Assembly (NCBI GenBank): GCA_965649115.1 | Contig: CBFGJN010000004.1 | Span: 35,821-54,310 of the forward strand | Source: a candidate division WOR-3 bacterium | GTDB taxonomy: Bacteria; Hydrothermota; Hydrothermia; LBFQ01; DSFT01 | Length of the DNA: 18,490 nucleotides | Reading direction: 5' to 3' | Part shown: positions 17,199 to 18,490 of the stretch, one piece after another | Layout of the letters: each line of letters opens with the position of its first letter | Numbering within the stretch: the stretch's first letter is position 1 | Translations under genes and position numbers: made by a program | The notes under the pieces: generated by a model | Seen by the model: only the letters and a program-made list of their open reading frames with translations | Databases searched by the model: none | What the model was told of the DNA's origin: nothing

Positions 17199-17253
17199 GA
17201 CTCTGCCTTATTTCGTAGGGTGAGTATTATTTACCCTTTAAAATTATCAAACT

Positions 17254-18213
17254 ATGATAGAAAAATTAAATAAAGTTTTAGAGAAACTACCACCAGAACA
17301 TAGAGAAATAATAAGGGAAGCATTTACAATTCTTATTGAAGAAGTAATAAACACTATTATTAGGGAAATCAGGCAGGGATTTTCAGAACAAGTAAAAGAA
17401 AATGAGAGAATATGGCAAGCAATTAAGGAAGGCTTTGAAAGACAAGAGAAAGAAAATCAAAGAATATGGCAGAATATAGAAAGAATATGGCAATCTATTG
17501 AAGAAATGAGAAAAGATATGAAAGAAGGATTTGAAAGACAAGCAAAAGAAAACGAAAGAATTTGGCAAACTATTGAAAAAGTATGGCAGGCAATTGATAG
17601 ATTAGAAAAATCAATTGAACAAACAAGAAAAGATATGAATGAAAGATTTGAAAGACAAGAAAAAGAAAATCAAAGAATATGGCAGAATATAGAAAGAATA
17701 TGGCAATCTATTGAAGAAATGAGAAAAGATATGAAAGAAGGATTTGAAAGACAAGAAAGAGAAAATCAAAGAATATGGCAGGCAATTGAAAAACTAACAC
17801 AAGCAATTGACAGATTAGATAAAAAAATAGACAGAAAAATAACATCACTTGGAGCAAGATGGGGATTAATGGCAGAAGAAACATTTAGAGGAGGAATAAG
17901 AACTATTATTGAAGATTTAGGTTATGCTGTTGAAAATATCGTATTCTTTGATGAAGAAGGATATGTCTTTTTAAAGCCAAGTCAAGTAGAAATAGATATA
18001 ATCATTAAAGATAGTAAGAAAATAGCAATTGAAATAAAATCATCAATTAGCGAAGGTGATGTTTCTACATTTGAAAGGAAAGTTAAATTATATGAGAAGA
18101 AATTTAATACAAAAATTGACAAGAAAATTATTTTAACACCATTTGCTAATGATAAAGCAGTCGTTATTGCTAAAAGCTTTGATATTGAAATCGTTGAAGA
18201 GTTAAAAGATTAA
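17254..18213 (+). CDS. DUF3782-like protein: repetitive coiled coil plus C-terminal PD-(D/E)xK nuclease-like domain
   Basis: Heptad repeats ERIWQAIE/FERQEKEN, then LGARWGL.AEETFR.G, DEEGYVF..PSQVEIDIIIKD..IAIEIKSS, FERKVKLYEK. Confidence 0.85.
   Translation: MIEKLNKVLEKLPPEHREIIREAFTILIEEVINTIIREIRQGFSEQVKENERIWQAIKEGFERQEKENQRIWQNIERIWQSIEEMRKDMKEGFERQAKENERIWQTIEKVWQAIDRLEKSIEQTRKDMNERFERQEKENQRIWQNIERIWQSIEEMRKDMKEGFERQERENQRIWQAIEKLTQAIDRLDKKIDRKITSLGARWGLMAEETFRGGIRTIIEDLGYAVENIVFFDEEGYVFLKPSQVEIDIIIKDSKKIAIEIKSSISEGDVSTFERKVKLYEKKFNTKIDKKIILTPFANDKAVVIAKSFDIEIVEELKD
17434..17755 (+). repeat. In-frame internal duplication (17434-17542 and 17647-17755)
   Basis: 109-bp repeat with one synonymous mismatch at an offset of 213 bp, encoding FERQEKENQRIWQNIERIWQSIEEMRKDMKEGFERQ twice. 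Confidence 0.88.
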
Positions 18214-18229
18214 ATTAAACCGATTTTAA

Positions 18230-18363
18230 AAATGTCAAGTCCTTGAATCTCAATAACTTATTGAAGCTTTAAGGAAATTATTGATTTGTAGAATAGATAT
18301 TTTAAAGCCAAAGGCTTAATTATAGGGTGGGTGGGAAAATAAAGGATTATTCTATATTTCCAG
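18230..18363 (+). mobile_element. MITE-like element copy 8 (degenerate, lacks TIRs and first hairpin)
   Basis: TCAATAACTTA..AAGCTTTAAGGAAATTATTGATTT matches 15030-15067; AAGCC-AAA-GGCTT 18305-18317; GGGTGGGTGGG 18325-18335. Confidence 0.7.
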
Positions 18364-18374
18364 CAAATTGTCTT

Positions 18375-18490
18375 TGCTTTGTCCAATAAATAATGTTAAA
18401 TTTTTGATAATCAATAACTTATAAAAATTTTAAGAAAATTATATATTTTACGGGGGGTTTTGAGGGGGGCGAAGCCCCCCACTGCCGAAA
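18375..18490 (+). mobile_element. MITE-like element copy 9 (left half; cut by window edge)
   Basis: Left TIR TGCTTTGTCCAATAA 18375-18389, AATCAATAACTTA 18409-18421, GGGGGGC-GAA-GCCCCCC 18464-18480, ACTGCCGAAA. Confidence 0.8.

Noticed and set aside
17383..17568. 61-aa minus-strand ORF
   Set aside because: Antisense reading of the purine-rich coiled-coil repeat.
1..18490. CRISPR array or classical integron attC interpretation of the dispersed repeat
   Set aside because: Copies are not regularly spaced, occur in both orientations and flank core genes. The ends read GTCCAAT/ATTGGAC rather than RYYYAAC/GTTRRRY, and no cas or intI gene is present.

Overview
This is a very AT-rich bacterial chromosomal segment. 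T9SS-type C-terminal sorting domains, K/E/I-rich proteins and Uma2/DUF3782-type genes suggest a thermophilic FCB-group organism such as WOR-3 (inference only). Housekeeping genes (rplT, pheS, cinA, acpS, trpS, an RlmB/TrmH methyltransferase, an AmgK-like kinase, a DtxR/MntR regulator, a UDP-glucuronate decarboxylase-like enzyme, YceI, a rhodanese) are interleaved with accessory genes (two secreted T9SS-type proteins, three tandem Uma2-family nucleases, a coiled-coil PD-(D/E)xK protein). The main non-obvious signal is a dispersed ~200-bp non-coding element, present as 9 copies or fragments in both orientations and in every large intergenic gap. It has 15-bp terminal inverted repeats (TGCTTTGTCCAATAA), an IHF-consensus site, two covarying GC-GAA-GC hairpins and a GGG-N27-GGGTGGGTGGG motif. 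One copy has a near-perfect 9-bp target duplication, and one appears to have decapitated a gene. Next to copies of this element, two accessory gene blocks are bracketed by exact direct repeats that duplicate a host expression signal: a 20-bp stop codon plus hairpin, and a 15-bp Shine-Dalgarno region. This suggests cassette-like gene insertion. No transposase or integrase is encoded in the window.
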